Of a stretch of 64,000 nt of DNA, positions 44,156 to 53,467 are shown in pieces. Position numbers and translations under genes: made by a program. Within the stretch, counting starts at the first letter, position 1; every line of letters starts with the position of its first letter. Source of the DNA: Solimonas sp. (lineage in GTDB: Bacteria > Pseudomonadota > Gammaproteobacteria > Nevskiales > Nevskiaceae); assembly GCA_035476855.1 (NCBI GenBank), contig DATILC010000168.1:4644-68643 (forward strand). The letters are read 5' to 3'. The notes beneath the pieces were generated by a model. The model had not been told where the DNA came from, did not search any database, and saw only the letters and a program-made list of their open reading frames with translations.

Positions 44156-45607
44156 ATGGACCTCCCGCGAGGCGCGGCGCAAGACTGTGGACAGCCCCGG
44201 ACATCTGGAAGACCCTGCTTGAACCCCTTGCCCGCCACTGCGACACCGTTGATCTCGCGTGGCCTGCTGTTCGTCTTCGCGCTGCCCGGCATCCTGCAAG
44301 GCTTCATGCACGCACCCGCGCAGTCGATCCTGCAGGGCATCTACGCGAAGGAATCGGGACTGGCGCTGGTCGCCCTGGGCGGAGCGGTGCTGCTGGTGCG
44401 CGTCTGCGACATCGCCACCGATCTCCTGATCGGCTACTTCTCCGATCGCGGCGCCGAGCGCGGCATCAGCCGCAAGTGGTGGATGTCGGCAGGCACCGCC
44501 GTCACCGTCGTCGCGCTGTGGTTCCTGTTCCGCCCCCCGCCGCAGGTCAGCATCGCCTACTACGGCGGCTGGTTCCTGATGGCGAACATTGGCTGGTCGC
44601 TCTGCGAGATTCCCTACCGCTCCTGGAGCCTGGAGTTCTCGCCGGAGGCGAAGCAGCGCACGCGCATCACCACCTGGATCGCCATGGCGACCATGGTGGG
44701 TTCGGTGCTGTTCTATGTCGTGGGACCGGCGGGCAAGGGCCTGGGACTGCTGAAGACCGGCGAACTCAACATGGAAACGCTGGGGCTCACTGCAATACTC
44801 GTGGTCCTGCTGCTGCCGCTGCTGAACGCCTACACACTGTGGAAAGTGCCGGATGGCCAGTCCCGTGCCGCATCCGGCCATCGGCCGCCGCCCGAGAGCG
44901 CCCGCCTGCTGCTCGCATCGGTGCTGGGCAATGTGCCGCTGATGCGCCTGATCCTGGTGTTCTCGGTCTGCAATCTCATGACCGGGCTCTCGGGGAGCGT
45001 AAGCCTGCTGTACATGACCAACTACCTGGGCCTTGGCGCCGAGGCAAACCTCGTGCTGGCCCTCGCGCTGCCCATCAGCATGCTGGGGCTGCCACTGTGG
45101 GGCTGGCTGGCTCAGCGCTATCCCCTGCAGCGGGTCTGGGCAATCGGCCTCGGCATGGCCGGCCTGTCCTACACGGGCATGGGCCTGCTGCCACCCAACC
45201 CGGGCACCCTGCTCTATGGCCTGGTCGCAACTTTCACCGTCTTCTTCGCGCTGTCCACGCTGATCGCCGCGCCGGTGATCCTCGGCGACATCATTGACTA
45301 CGGCAAGGAGAAATACGGCGTCGACCGCGCCGGACTCTACGTGTCTTTCCAGACGCAGGTCATCAAGGCCGTCAACGCACTCGCGGCCGGCGGCGGCCTG
45401 ATCTTCCTCGGCTGGATGGGATTCGATGCCAGCAAGGCCGGGGCCGAGCTCACTGCGCAAGCGGTGTTCTCGCTCAAGCTGACCGCGGCCTGGGCTCCTG
45501 CGCTGGGAATGATCAGCGCCGGCCTGCTGCTGTGGTTCCTGCCGATCAGTGCCGAATCGCGCCGCCTCGCGGCCGCCCCGAAATCCTCCGGAATGGATGT
45601 CACGTGA
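44156..45607 (+). CDS. MFS transporter, glycoside-pentoside-hexuronide (GPH/MFS_2) type; true start probably near 44219
   Basis: CDIATDLLIGYFSDR, EIPYRSW, GDIIDYG...AGLY motifs; 12 TM; stop overlaps the next GTG. Confidence 0.85.
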   Translation: MDLPRGAAQDCGQPRTSGRPCLNPLPATATPLISRGLLFVFALPGILQGFMHAPAQSILQGIYAKESGLALVALGGAVLLVRVCDIATDLLIGYFSDRGAERGISRKWWMSAGTAVTVVALWFLFRPPPQVSIAYYGGWFLMANIGWSLCEIPYRSWSLEFSPEAKQRTRITTWIAMATMVGSVLFYVVGPAGKGLGLLKTGELNMETLGLTAILVVLLLPLLNAYTLWKVPDGQSRAASGHRPPPESARLLLASVLGNVPLMRLILVFSVCNLMTGLSGSVSLLYMTNYLGLGAEANLVLALALPISMLGLPLWGWLAQRYPLQRVWAIGLGMAGLSYTGMGLLPPNPGTLLYGLVATFTVFFALSTLIAAPVILGDIIDYGKEKYGVDRAGLYVSFQTQVIKAVNALAAGGGLIFLGWMGFDASKAGAELTAQAVFSLKLTAAWAPALGMISAGLLLWFLPISAESRRLAAAPKSSGMDVT

Positions 45608-47064
45608 AAATCTTCAGCGCCTTTCTCGCTACCGAAACCAACACTTCGGGCGTGGTGCCCACCGGCAGCGTCGACTTTGAGAACTGCGGGTTCTTCCGCG
45701 GCGATGCCAGCCTCCGCCATCCCACCGGCTTCGGCGCCTCGCATGTGCTGCTCAAGCGCCTGGCCGCCGAAGACGGACACACGATCGTCGAGAGCCTGAC
45801 TGCCCATGCCCAGCCTTCCGGCATCACGCAGCGGTCTGTCTACGAGCAGTATCGCGACTGGATACTTGAAGACCTGAAAGCGGCGATGCCGGTGCAGGGC
45901 GTGATCCTGATCATGCACGGTGCCATGGTTGCCGAGGGCTACGACGATTGCGAAGGCGACACGATCGGCAAGGTTCGCGAGCTGGTCGGCCCCGGTGTGC
46001 CCATCGGCGTGGAACTCGACCTGCACTGCCATTTCAGCGAGCAGATGCACAGCCAGGCCGATGTGATCATCGCCTACAAGGAATACCCGCATACCGACAC
46101 GATGGAGCGGCTGGAAGAACTCTATCGCCTGGTCGTGCGGCAGGCCGGGGGCCGGATCAGGCCGGTGACGGCCGTGCACGACCTGCGCATGATGGGCATC
46201 TGGCACACCACGAAGGAACCCATGATCTCCTTCGTGCAGCGCATGAAGTCCCATGAAGGTCGCAATGGCATCCTGTCGGTGTCGCTGGGCCATGGCTTTC
46301 CCTGGGGCGATACCCCGGACACCGGCGCGAAGCTCTGGGTGGTCGCCGACGGCGATCTGGCCGGCGCGCAGGCGCTGGCCGACCAGCTGGGGCGCGAACT
46401 CTGGGCGCTGCGGCAGCAGATCTGGCAGCCGCCCCTGACCATCAAGGAAACGATCGAGGCAGTCCGGCGCACGGCGGCAGGCCCCGTCGTGCTGGCCGAT
46501 GTCGCGGACAACCCGGGTGGTGGCGCCATGAGCGACAGCACCTTCATCCTGCGCGCCCTGCTGGATGCCGGCATCCACGATGCCGCACTCGGCATCTACT
46601 GGGACCAGGGAGCCGTCAGCCTGTGCCAGAGCGCCGGCGTCGGCGCGCGACTCAATCTGCGCATCGGCGGCAAATGCGGCCCGCTCTCCGGAGACCCGGT
46701 CGACCTGCCGGTCACGGTCAAGGCCATCGTGCCCGATCACTTCAACCACGGACTCGGCTTCCGCTGGCCCTTCGGCACCGGGGTCTGGGTGCAGACCGAC
46801 CAGGGCATGGATATCGCCCTGTGCAGTTCGCGCGGCCAGGTCCTGTCCCGCGAGGCCTTCGAGAATCTCGGCATCCCGCTCGCGGGCAGGAGGGTCATCG
46901 TGGTCAAGTCCACGCAGCATTTCCACGCCGCGTTCGCGCCGATCGCGAAGCAGGTTCTCTACGTCGGCGCCCCCGGCGCGCTCACGCAGAACTTCGCCGA
47001 GATGAGCTTCAGCAAGCGCGACAACAACTTCTGGCCGCGCGTTGCCGATCCCTACGGCGGTTGA
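45604..47064 (+). CDS. M81 metallopeptidase, MlrC-like
   Basis: TETN, HGAM, LDLH, YKEYPHTD metal-ligand pattern, ADVADNPGGG, VVKSTQHF. Confidence 0.88.
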   Translation: MKIFSAFLATETNTSGVVPTGSVDFENCGFFRGDASLRHPTGFGASHVLLKRLAAEDGHTIVESLTAHAQPSGITQRSVYEQYRDWILEDLKAAMPVQGVILIMHGAMVAEGYDDCEGDTIGKVRELVGPGVPIGVELDLHCHFSEQMHSQADVIIAYKEYPHTDTMERLEELYRLVVRQAGGRIRPVTAVHDLRMMGIWHTTKEPMISFVQRMKSHEGRNGILSVSLGHGFPWGDTPDTGAKLWVVADGDLAGAQALADQLGRELWALRQQIWQPPLTIKETIEAVRRTAAGPVVLADVADNPGGGAMSDSTFILRALLDAGIHDAALGIYWDQGAVSLCQSAGVGARLNLRIGGKCGPLSGDPVDLPVTVKAIVPDHFNHGLGFRWPFGTGVWVQTDQGMDIALCSSRGQVLSREAFENLGIPLAGRRVIVVKSTQHFHAAFAPIAKQVLYVGAPGALTQNFAEMSFSKRDNNFWPRVADPYGG

Positions 47065-47068
47065 GACA

Positions 47069-47334
47069 AGGGCCTGTTAACGCTATGAACGCCGCCGCGA
47101 CGGAGACCGTTTTGGTGCAGGGCTATGTCCCGGCACGCGCCGTGTACTCGAAGTACATCAGCGGGGCGGGACGACGCCGTGCGCCAAAACGGTCCCGCCC
47201 TCCGGGTGCCACCATATTTTCCGCCATGCTGTGTTACTCGTCGGTTACTTGGAACCACCAAGCTCCCTCCTCGCGTCGTGCCTGGCGGAAAATCTGGTGG
47301 CATCGCAGCGACGTTCATAGCGTTAACAGGCCCT
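47069..47334. mobile_element. 266-bp MITE with 23-bp perfect terminal inverted repeats and two internal hairpins
   Basis: AGGGCCTGTTAACGCTATGAACG / CGTTCATAGCGTTAACAGGCCCT; internal IRs 47106-47119/47180-47193 and 47208-47226/47283-47301. Confidence 0.85.
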
Positions 47335-47335
47335 A

Positions 47336-48547
47336 ATGCTGCCCCTGGACTTCGACAGCATCCTGGCCGCGCGGCGGCGCCTGCAGGGGCAGATCAGCCA
47401 CACGCCGCTGACGCGATCGCGCGTGCTGTCGGACATGACCCAGGCCAATGTCTGGCTGAAGTTCGAGAACTTCCAGTTCACCGCCAGCTTCAAGGAGCGC
47501 GGCGCCCTCAACAAGCTGCTCTCCCTGGACGCAGAACAACGCCAGGCCGGCGTGGTGGCGATGTCGGCCGGCAACCACGCGCAAGGTGTCGCCTACCATG
47601 CAACGCGGCTCGGCATCCGCAGCCTGATCGTGATGCCGCGCGGCACACCCTTCGTCAAGGTGCGCAATACGCAGCAACTCGGCGCCGAGGTGATCCTCTG
47701 GGGCGACTCGCTGGCCGAGGCCGCGAGCCACATGGAGGAGGAGTACGTCGGCCGGCACGGCATGACGCTGGTGCATCCCTACGACGATCCGGAAATCATC
47801 GCCGGCCAGGGCACCGTGGCACTCGAGATGCTGGAGGCCGAGCGTAGCCTCGACACCATCGTCGTCCCGGTCGGCGGCGGCGGACTGATTGGTGGCGTCG
47901 CGCTCGCTGCACAGGGCTGGCCGGGCGTGCGGGTGGTCGGCGTGGAGTCGGCGCTCTACCCCTGCGCGCAGGCCGCCCTCAAGGGCGATCCCTCGATGGT
48001 GACCGGAGGCCAGACCATTGCCGAGGGCATCGCGGTGCGCAGCATCGGCCGCCTGCCGCTGGAGATCCTGCGTGCGCTGAACCCCCTGCTGCTCAGCGTG
48101 GACGAGCCCGCCATCGAGCGCGCCATCGCGCTGCTCGCGAGCATCGAGAAGGTGATCGTCGAAGGCGCCGGCGCCGCCGGTCTCGCCGCACTGCTGGGCC
48201 ACGGCGCGGAGTTCCACGGGCGCAACATCGGCATCGTCCTCAGCGGCGGCAACATCGATACGCGCCTGCTGGCTTCCGTCCTGATGCGCCAGTTGGTGCA
48301 GGAATCGCGGCTGGTGGCCCTGTCGATCGAGGTGGAAGACCGGCCCGGATTTCTGTCGCGGGTGGCCGGCTGCATCGGCGAAGCCGGCGGCAACATCGTC
48401 CAGGTCGAGCATGATCGTCTGCACGGCGGCATCCATGCGAAAAGTGCCTCGCTGCAGGTACAGCTCGAGGCCCAGGACGAGGCCCATGTTGCGAGGATCG
48501 TCCAGGCCCTCGAAACCGCGGGTTTCACGGCCCGGGCGATCCGGTAG
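47336..48547 (+). CDS. Threonine/serine ammonia-lyase with a C-terminal ACT domain
   Basis: SFKERGA (PLP Lys), SAGNHAQG, VGGGGLIGG, LSGGNID, EDRPG ACT motif. Confidence 0.92.
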   Translation: MLPLDFDSILAARRRLQGQISHTPLTRSRVLSDMTQANVWLKFENFQFTASFKERGALNKLLSLDAEQRQAGVVAMSAGNHAQGVAYHATRLGIRSLIVMPRGTPFVKVRNTQQLGAEVILWGDSLAEAASHMEEEYVGRHGMTLVHPYDDPEIIAGQGTVALEMLEAERSLDTIVVPVGGGGLIGGVALAAQGWPGVRVVGVESALYPCAQAALKGDPSMVTGGQTIAEGIAVRSIGRLPLEILRALNPLLLSVDEPAIERAIALLASIEKVIVEGAGAAGLAALLGHGAEFHGRNIGIVLSGGNIDTRLLASVLMRQLVQESRLVALSIEVEDRPGFLSRVAGCIGEAGGNIVQVEHDRLHGGIHAKSASLQVQLEAQDEAHVARIVQALETAGFTARAIR

Positions 48548-48644
48548 CAAGAGGTCCCCCGGTATTTCCAGTGTTTTCACGAGTCGCCGCCGGTCGCGGC
48601 GGCTGCTTTACTGACAACTTCGCAGCTCCACCCAGAGATCTTTC

Positions 48645-49715
48645 ATGGGCACCCCGAATTCCACCGTAGACCCCGCCGCTGCAGGCGCCGCCCAGCCGCT
48701 GGCCACCACCATCAGCCTGCGACAGCCCTACCTGCTGTTCCTCGGCGACGCCAGCCACTCCTCGCGCGCCAAGACCGCGCTGGGCATCCGCGACTGGGCG
48801 CCGGAAACCTGCGCCGCGCAGCTGCGCCTGCCCGGCTGCGCCGTGGACCTCGGCCTGCCGGACCTGACGCCGGCGCAGTCCGCGCAGCAGGGGATCGGCT
48901 CGCTGCTGATCGGCATCGCGCCGATCGGCGGCCAGTTCAGCGAAGGCTGGCTGCCGACGCTGTTCGCCGCCGTCGAAGCCGGCCTCGACATCGTCAGCGG
49001 CCTGCACGCCAAGCTCGGCGATGTGCCCGGCCTGGCCGCGGCGGCCAAGGCCCGCGGCGTGCGCCTGATCGACGTGCGCTGCCCGCCGCCGGGCCTGCCG
49101 GTCGGCTCCGGCCGCAAGCGCGGCGGCAAGCGTCTGCTCACCGTCGGCACCGACTGCGCCCTTGGCAAGAAGTACACGGCACTGGCACTGGCCAAGGCGC
49201 TGCGCGCCCAGGGCGTGGCAGCGGATTTCCGCGCCACCGGGCAGACCGGCATCATGATCGCCGGCACCGGCCTGCCGCTGGATGCGGTCATTTCCGATTT
49301 CACCGCCGGTGCCGCCGAGTGCCTGTCGCCGGATGCGGCGGCAGATCACTGGGACATCGTCGAGGGCCAGGGCTCGCTGTATCACCCGGCCTATGCCGGC
49401 GTGACGCTGGGCCTGGTGCACGGCTCGCAGCCGGACGCGATGGTGCTCTGCCACGAGCCGGGCCGTGACCATATCTGGGGCTATCCCGACTACCCCACAC
49501 CCTCGCTGAAGACCGCCATCGAGGACTACGAACGCGCGGCGCGGCTGACCAATCCGAAGGCGCGCGTCGTCGGCATCGCCTTCAACACCTCGATGCTCGA
49601 CGACGCGGCGCGCACGAAGCTGCTGGCGGAGACCGAGCGCGAGCTGGGCCTGCCCTGCTTCGATCCGATCAAGAGCCCGCTCGACGCCGTGGTCCGCAGT
49701 ATCCTCGCCCTCTGA
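48645..49715 (+). CDS. dgcN: DUF1611 protein, DgcN-like (copy 2)
   Basis: Same motifs as 34438-35484 (PYLLFLGD, GKKYT, EGQGSL). Confidence 0.8.
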   Translation: MGTPNSTVDPAAAGAAQPLATTISLRQPYLLFLGDASHSSRAKTALGIRDWAPETCAAQLRLPGCAVDLGLPDLTPAQSAQQGIGSLLIGIAPIGGQFSEGWLPTLFAAVEAGLDIVSGLHAKLGDVPGLAAAAKARGVRLIDVRCPPPGLPVGSGRKRGGKRLLTVGTDCALGKKYTALALAKALRAQGVAADFRATGQTGIMIAGTGLPLDAVISDFTAGAAECLSPDAAADHWDIVEGQGSLYHPAYAGVTLGLVHGSQPDAMVLCHEPGRDHIWGYPDYPTPSLKTAIEDYERAARLTNPKARVVGIAFNTSMLDDAARTKLLAETERELGLPCFDPIKSPLDAVVRSILAL

Positions 49716-49722
49716 AACCATC

Positions 49723-50709
49723 ATGACCCGCAAGCTCAGCGTACATACCGAAACCTGGCCGGCCGTAGCGCCCTTCCGCATCACCGGGCGCAGCGTGAAC
49801 GAATTCGACACCCTCGTTGCCGCGATCGGCGAAGGCAACCGGGCGGGCCAAGGCGAAGGCATGGCCATCCACTACCTCGGCGAGACCGAGGAGTCGATGC
49901 TGGCGCAGATCGAATCGGCGCGCGCCGCGATCGAGGCTGGCGCCGACCGCGAGGCGCTGCGCTCGCTGCTGCCGCCCGGCAGCGCCCGCAATACGCTGGA
50001 TGCCGCACTCTGGGATCTCGAGTCCCGCCTCAGCGGCAAGTCCGCATGGAAGCTTGCCGGCGTCGAAGCCCGCACCGTGGAAACGGTCTGCACCATCGGC
50101 ATCGAGGCCGAGCCTGAGGCCATGGGCGAAAAGGCGGCGCGGGTGAAGCATCCGCTGCTGAAGATCAAGCTCGACGGCGACCGTCCGGTGGAACGCGTGG
50201 AGGCCATCCGCCGCCGCCGCCCCGATGCCCGCCTGGTGGTCGACGCCAACCAGGGGTGGAGCTTCGAACAGCTGCGCGAGATCGCCGGGCCGATGCAGCG
50301 CCTCGGCGTGCTCTTCATCGAGCAGCCGCTGCGCCGTGGCCAGGACGAGGCCCTGGAAGGCTACAAGGCGCCGCTGCCGCTCGCCGCCGACGAGTCCTGC
50401 CAGCATCTGGGAGAACTGGAGCAGGCCACGCGCCGCTACCAGATGATCAACATCAAGCTCGACAAGTGCGGCGGCCTGACCGAGGGCCTGCTGCTGGCAC
50501 GCGCGGCGCGGGAGCGCGGCCTCGGCCTGATGGTCGGCTGCATGGGCGGCAGCTCGCTGGCGATGGCGCCGGCGCATGTGCTGGCCCAGCTCTGCGACTA
50601 CGTCGATATCGACGGACCCCTGCTGCTGAAGAACGACCGCATCGGCGGCTTCAACTATGCAGCCGGCCAGGTCAGCCTGCCGGCCACCGGCTTCTGCTGG
50701 GGCAGCTGA
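49723..50709 (+). CDS. dgcA: Dipeptide epimerase / DgcA-like racemase (copy 2)
   Basis: KIK, DANQG, EQP, DES, NIKLDKCGG, DIDG. Confidence 0.8.
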   Translation: MTRKLSVHTETWPAVAPFRITGRSVNEFDTLVAAIGEGNRAGQGEGMAIHYLGETEESMLAQIESARAAIEAGADREALRSLLPPGSARNTLDAALWDLESRLSGKSAWKLAGVEARTVETVCTIGIEAEPEAMGEKAARVKHPLLKIKLDGDRPVERVEAIRRRRPDARLVVDANQGWSFEQLREIAGPMQRLGVLFIEQPLRRGQDEALEGYKAPLPLAADESCQHLGELEQATRRYQMINIKLDKCGGLTEGLLLARAARERGLGLMVGCMGGSSLAMAPAHVLAQLCDYVDIDGPLLLKNDRIGGFNYAAGQVSLPATGFCWGS

Positions 50710-50725
50710 GAGCGCAGGAGCGACG

Positions 50726-52363
50726 ATGGAACTGACCACCGACTACCGCCAGAAGCTCGACGCGCTGCTGCAGCCCTGGAACCGCAGCGATGCCCCGGGC
50801 CTCATCATCGGCGTGGCCCATCGCGGCCGCGCGATCTACCGCCGCGGCTTCGGCCTGGCCAGCGTCCAGCAGGGGCAGGCCAACACGCCGCTGACGCGCA
50901 TGCGCATCGGCTCCACCAGCAAGCACTTCGCCTGTCTGTCGGCCCTGCTGCTGGCAGAGGACGGACAGCTGGACATCGACGCAGCGCTGCGCCGCTATCT
51001 CCCGGAGCTGGACGGCATCAGCGGCGAGCCGACCCTGCGCGAGTGCATGCAGCACGTCAGCGGTCTGCGCGACCCCAATGACCTGCTGCTGCTCATGGTC
51101 AACAAGAGCTGGAACAACATCCCGGCGCCCGGCCACCTGCTGCAGCTGGGCCGCCGCCTGGACAGCCTCAACTTCCCGCGTGGCGAGCGGATGATCTACA
51201 ACAACCAGGGCTACCACCTGCTGACGCGCGTGATCGAGCGCATCAGCGGCATGGCCTATGGCGACTTCCTGCGCGAACGCATCCTCAGCCCCATGCGCAT
51301 GCACGACACCGCGCTGCTGCCCAGCGACTACACGCTGCTGCCGGGCCTGGCCGACCTGCATCTGAAGGACGGTGATGGCTGGCGCCGCGGCCTGTTCCCC
51401 AGCGAGGAACTGCTGGGCGAAGGCGGCATGGTCTCCACCATCGACGACATGCTGACCTGGCTCGTACATCTGCGCAGCCCCGACAAGACCGTCGGCAATG
51501 CATCGAGCTGGGAGCAGATGCTGCGCAAGCCGCGCTACAGCAGCGGCGCCGAGGGCGACTATTGCCTGGGCCTGGTGCGCGAATGCTGGCGCGGCATCGA
51601 GATCGTCCACCACGCCGGCGGAGTCATCGGCGGCAACAGCCAGATGCTCACCGTGCCTGCGCATGAACTCGACGTGATCGTGCTGTGCAATCGCAACGAC
51701 GCTTCCTCGCCGGTGCTGGCCAACCGCATCGTCGAGACGCTGCTGGGCGAGGCGCTGGAACCCGTCGCTGCTCCGGCAGCGCGGCCGGATCTGCTCGGCC
51801 GCTGGTATGCGCCGGACTCACGTCGCCTGATCGGCCTGCTGGAAACACCCACGCTCGGCGAGGCAACACCCGCGCTGGCGCTGAGCGTCCACGGCCAGGC
51901 GCTGGGCCTGGTCACGGAACGCGACGGGCAATGGGTCATGAGCTGCTCGGCGCATGGGCGCATCGCCGTCACCCTGCCGACCGAAGAGCAGCCAGACTCC
52001 CTGCAGGGCAGCGACAATGGCCATGCCGAAATCTGGCAGCGCCTGCCCGACAGCGGCCCCGCCGTTGAAGCACTGGCGGAAGACCTCGTCGGCCGTTACC
52101 GTGAGACCGAACTCGGCGTGGAGGTCGCGATCGTGCTGATCGACGGTGCACTTCACATTGACCTGCTGCCGGTCTCCGGCCACAGCCGCCTGCGGCTGAC
52201 GCCGTACACAATGGACGTCTGCGGCTTTGTCCACGAGTCCAATGCCTTTGCCACCTACCCGCTCGTCGGCAGCCTCGCCATCGAGCGTCGCGAGGATCGT
52301 GTCACGGGCCTGTGGCTCAACAGCGCGCGCACCCGCAATCTCCGGCTGGAGCGCCATGCCTGA
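50726..52363 (+). CDS. Beta-lactamase-family serine hydrolase 2 (D-aminopeptidase/MlrB-like)
   Basis: GSTSK, YNN, HAGG; paralog of 32516-34180. Confidence 0.85.
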   Translation: MELTTDYRQKLDALLQPWNRSDAPGLIIGVAHRGRAIYRRGFGLASVQQGQANTPLTRMRIGSTSKHFACLSALLLAEDGQLDIDAALRRYLPELDGISGEPTLRECMQHVSGLRDPNDLLLLMVNKSWNNIPAPGHLLQLGRRLDSLNFPRGERMIYNNQGYHLLTRVIERISGMAYGDFLRERILSPMRMHDTALLPSDYTLLPGLADLHLKDGDGWRRGLFPSEELLGEGGMVSTIDDMLTWLVHLRSPDKTVGNASSWEQMLRKPRYSSGAEGDYCLGLVRECWRGIEIVHHAGGVIGGNSQMLTVPAHELDVIVLCNRNDASSPVLANRIVETLLGEALEPVAAPAARPDLLGRWYAPDSRRLIGLLETPTLGEATPALALSVHGQALGLVTERDGQWVMSCSAHGRIAVTLPTEEQPDSLQGSDNGHAEIWQRLPDSGPAVEALAEDLVGRYRETELGVEVAIVLIDGALHIDLLPVSGHSRLRLTPYTMDVCGFVHESNAFATYPLVGSLAIERREDRVTGLWLNSARTRNLRLERHA

Positions 52364-53234
52364 AGGCCCCGATGACTTCGACGCACTGTTCCGGGCCGCC
52401 GGAGTCGATGGCTGGCTGCATGCGCTGGACCTGAGCAGCGGCCGCGAGATCGACCATGGCGCCGATCAGCCGGTGGTGGCCGCCTCGGTGTTCAAGATCC
52501 CGGTGCTGGTCGAACTGTGCCGGCAGGCCGACGCTGGGCAGATCGATCTCGCCGAAGCTGTCCATGTCCCTGCCGAAGACCGCGCCGCGGGCTCCACCGG
52601 CCTGTCGATGGGCCTGGATGCCGCTACGCACAGCTGGCGCGACCTGGCCCTGTCGATGATCGTGGTCAGCGACAACGCCACCACCGATGTCTTGTGCGCA
52701 CGGCTGGGCCTCGACCGCATCAACGCGGCGATGGCTGCGCTAGGCCTGCCGGGGACGCAGCTCGAAGGTGATTGCCGGTACCTGTTCGCACAGATGGCCG
52801 CAGATGCCGGCTGTACGGGCCTGGCCGACTTCCCGCCGAAACCTGATCCGGAACTGCTGGGCCGCCTGCGCGTACTTCAACCCTTGCTCACCAACCGCAC
52901 GACGCCACGCGAAGCCACGCGCCTGCTGGTCGCGATCTGGCGCGACCAGGCCGCCTCGACGGAGAGCTGCGCGTTGATGCGCCGCATCCTCGGCGCGCAG
53001 GTCTGGCCGCATCGCCTCGCGTCCGGCTTCCCCGAGGACGAGATTCGCACGGCCGGCAAGACCGGCACCCTGATCATCGTGCGCAACGAGGCGGGTGTCG
53101 TCAGCTACCCCGACGGCAGCCACTACGCCGTATCGGTCTTCACCCGCAGCCACGAAGTACGCGCGAAGCACCCCGCGCAGGACCGCGCGATCGGCCAGGC
53201 AGCGCGCCTCGCCGTGGACCTGCTGCGGGGCTGA
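52356..53234 (+). CDS. Class A beta-lactamase-fold serine hydrolase lacking Glu166
   Basis: SVFK, SDN and KTG motifs; omega-loop segment TQLEGDCRYLF in place of TRLDRWEPELN. Confidence 0.8.
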   Translation: MPEGPDDFDALFRAAGVDGWLHALDLSSGREIDHGADQPVVAASVFKIPVLVELCRQADAGQIDLAEAVHVPAEDRAAGSTGLSMGLDAATHSWRDLALSMIVVSDNATTDVLCARLGLDRINAAMAALGLPGTQLEGDCRYLFAQMAADAGCTGLADFPPKPDPELLGRLRVLQPLLTNRTTPREATRLLVAIWRDQAASTESCALMRRILGAQVWPHRLASGFPEDEIRTAGKTGTLIIVRNEAGVVSYPDGSHYAVSVFTRSHEVRAKHPAQDRAIGQAARLAVDLLRG

Positions 53235-53270
53235 TCGGCCAGGCCCATCAACAGGCCCTTGCATGTTGCT

Positions 53271-53430
53271 GTGGTGATGCCATCCATGGCGAGACGGCCG
53301 TTCGCCCATTGAACCCCGGCCCATGCTTGGCTTACTTCGGCATGACATTGAGTCATGCCTCAGCCGGGCCAAGCATTCCATGGCCGGGCGTTCGGGCGCC
53401 TCGCGGCCCTTGGCCGCGAAGCAGGCGCCC
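53271..53430. repeat. Structured repeat, copy B, plus trailing bulged hairpin
   Basis: 53271-53390 aligns ungapped to 397-516; trailing stems 53394-53400/53424-53430 and 53401-53408/53412-53419. Confidence 0.85.
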
Positions 53431-53467
53431 TCACCCAGTATTTCCGCAGATAGCCGGTGGTCCGCCG

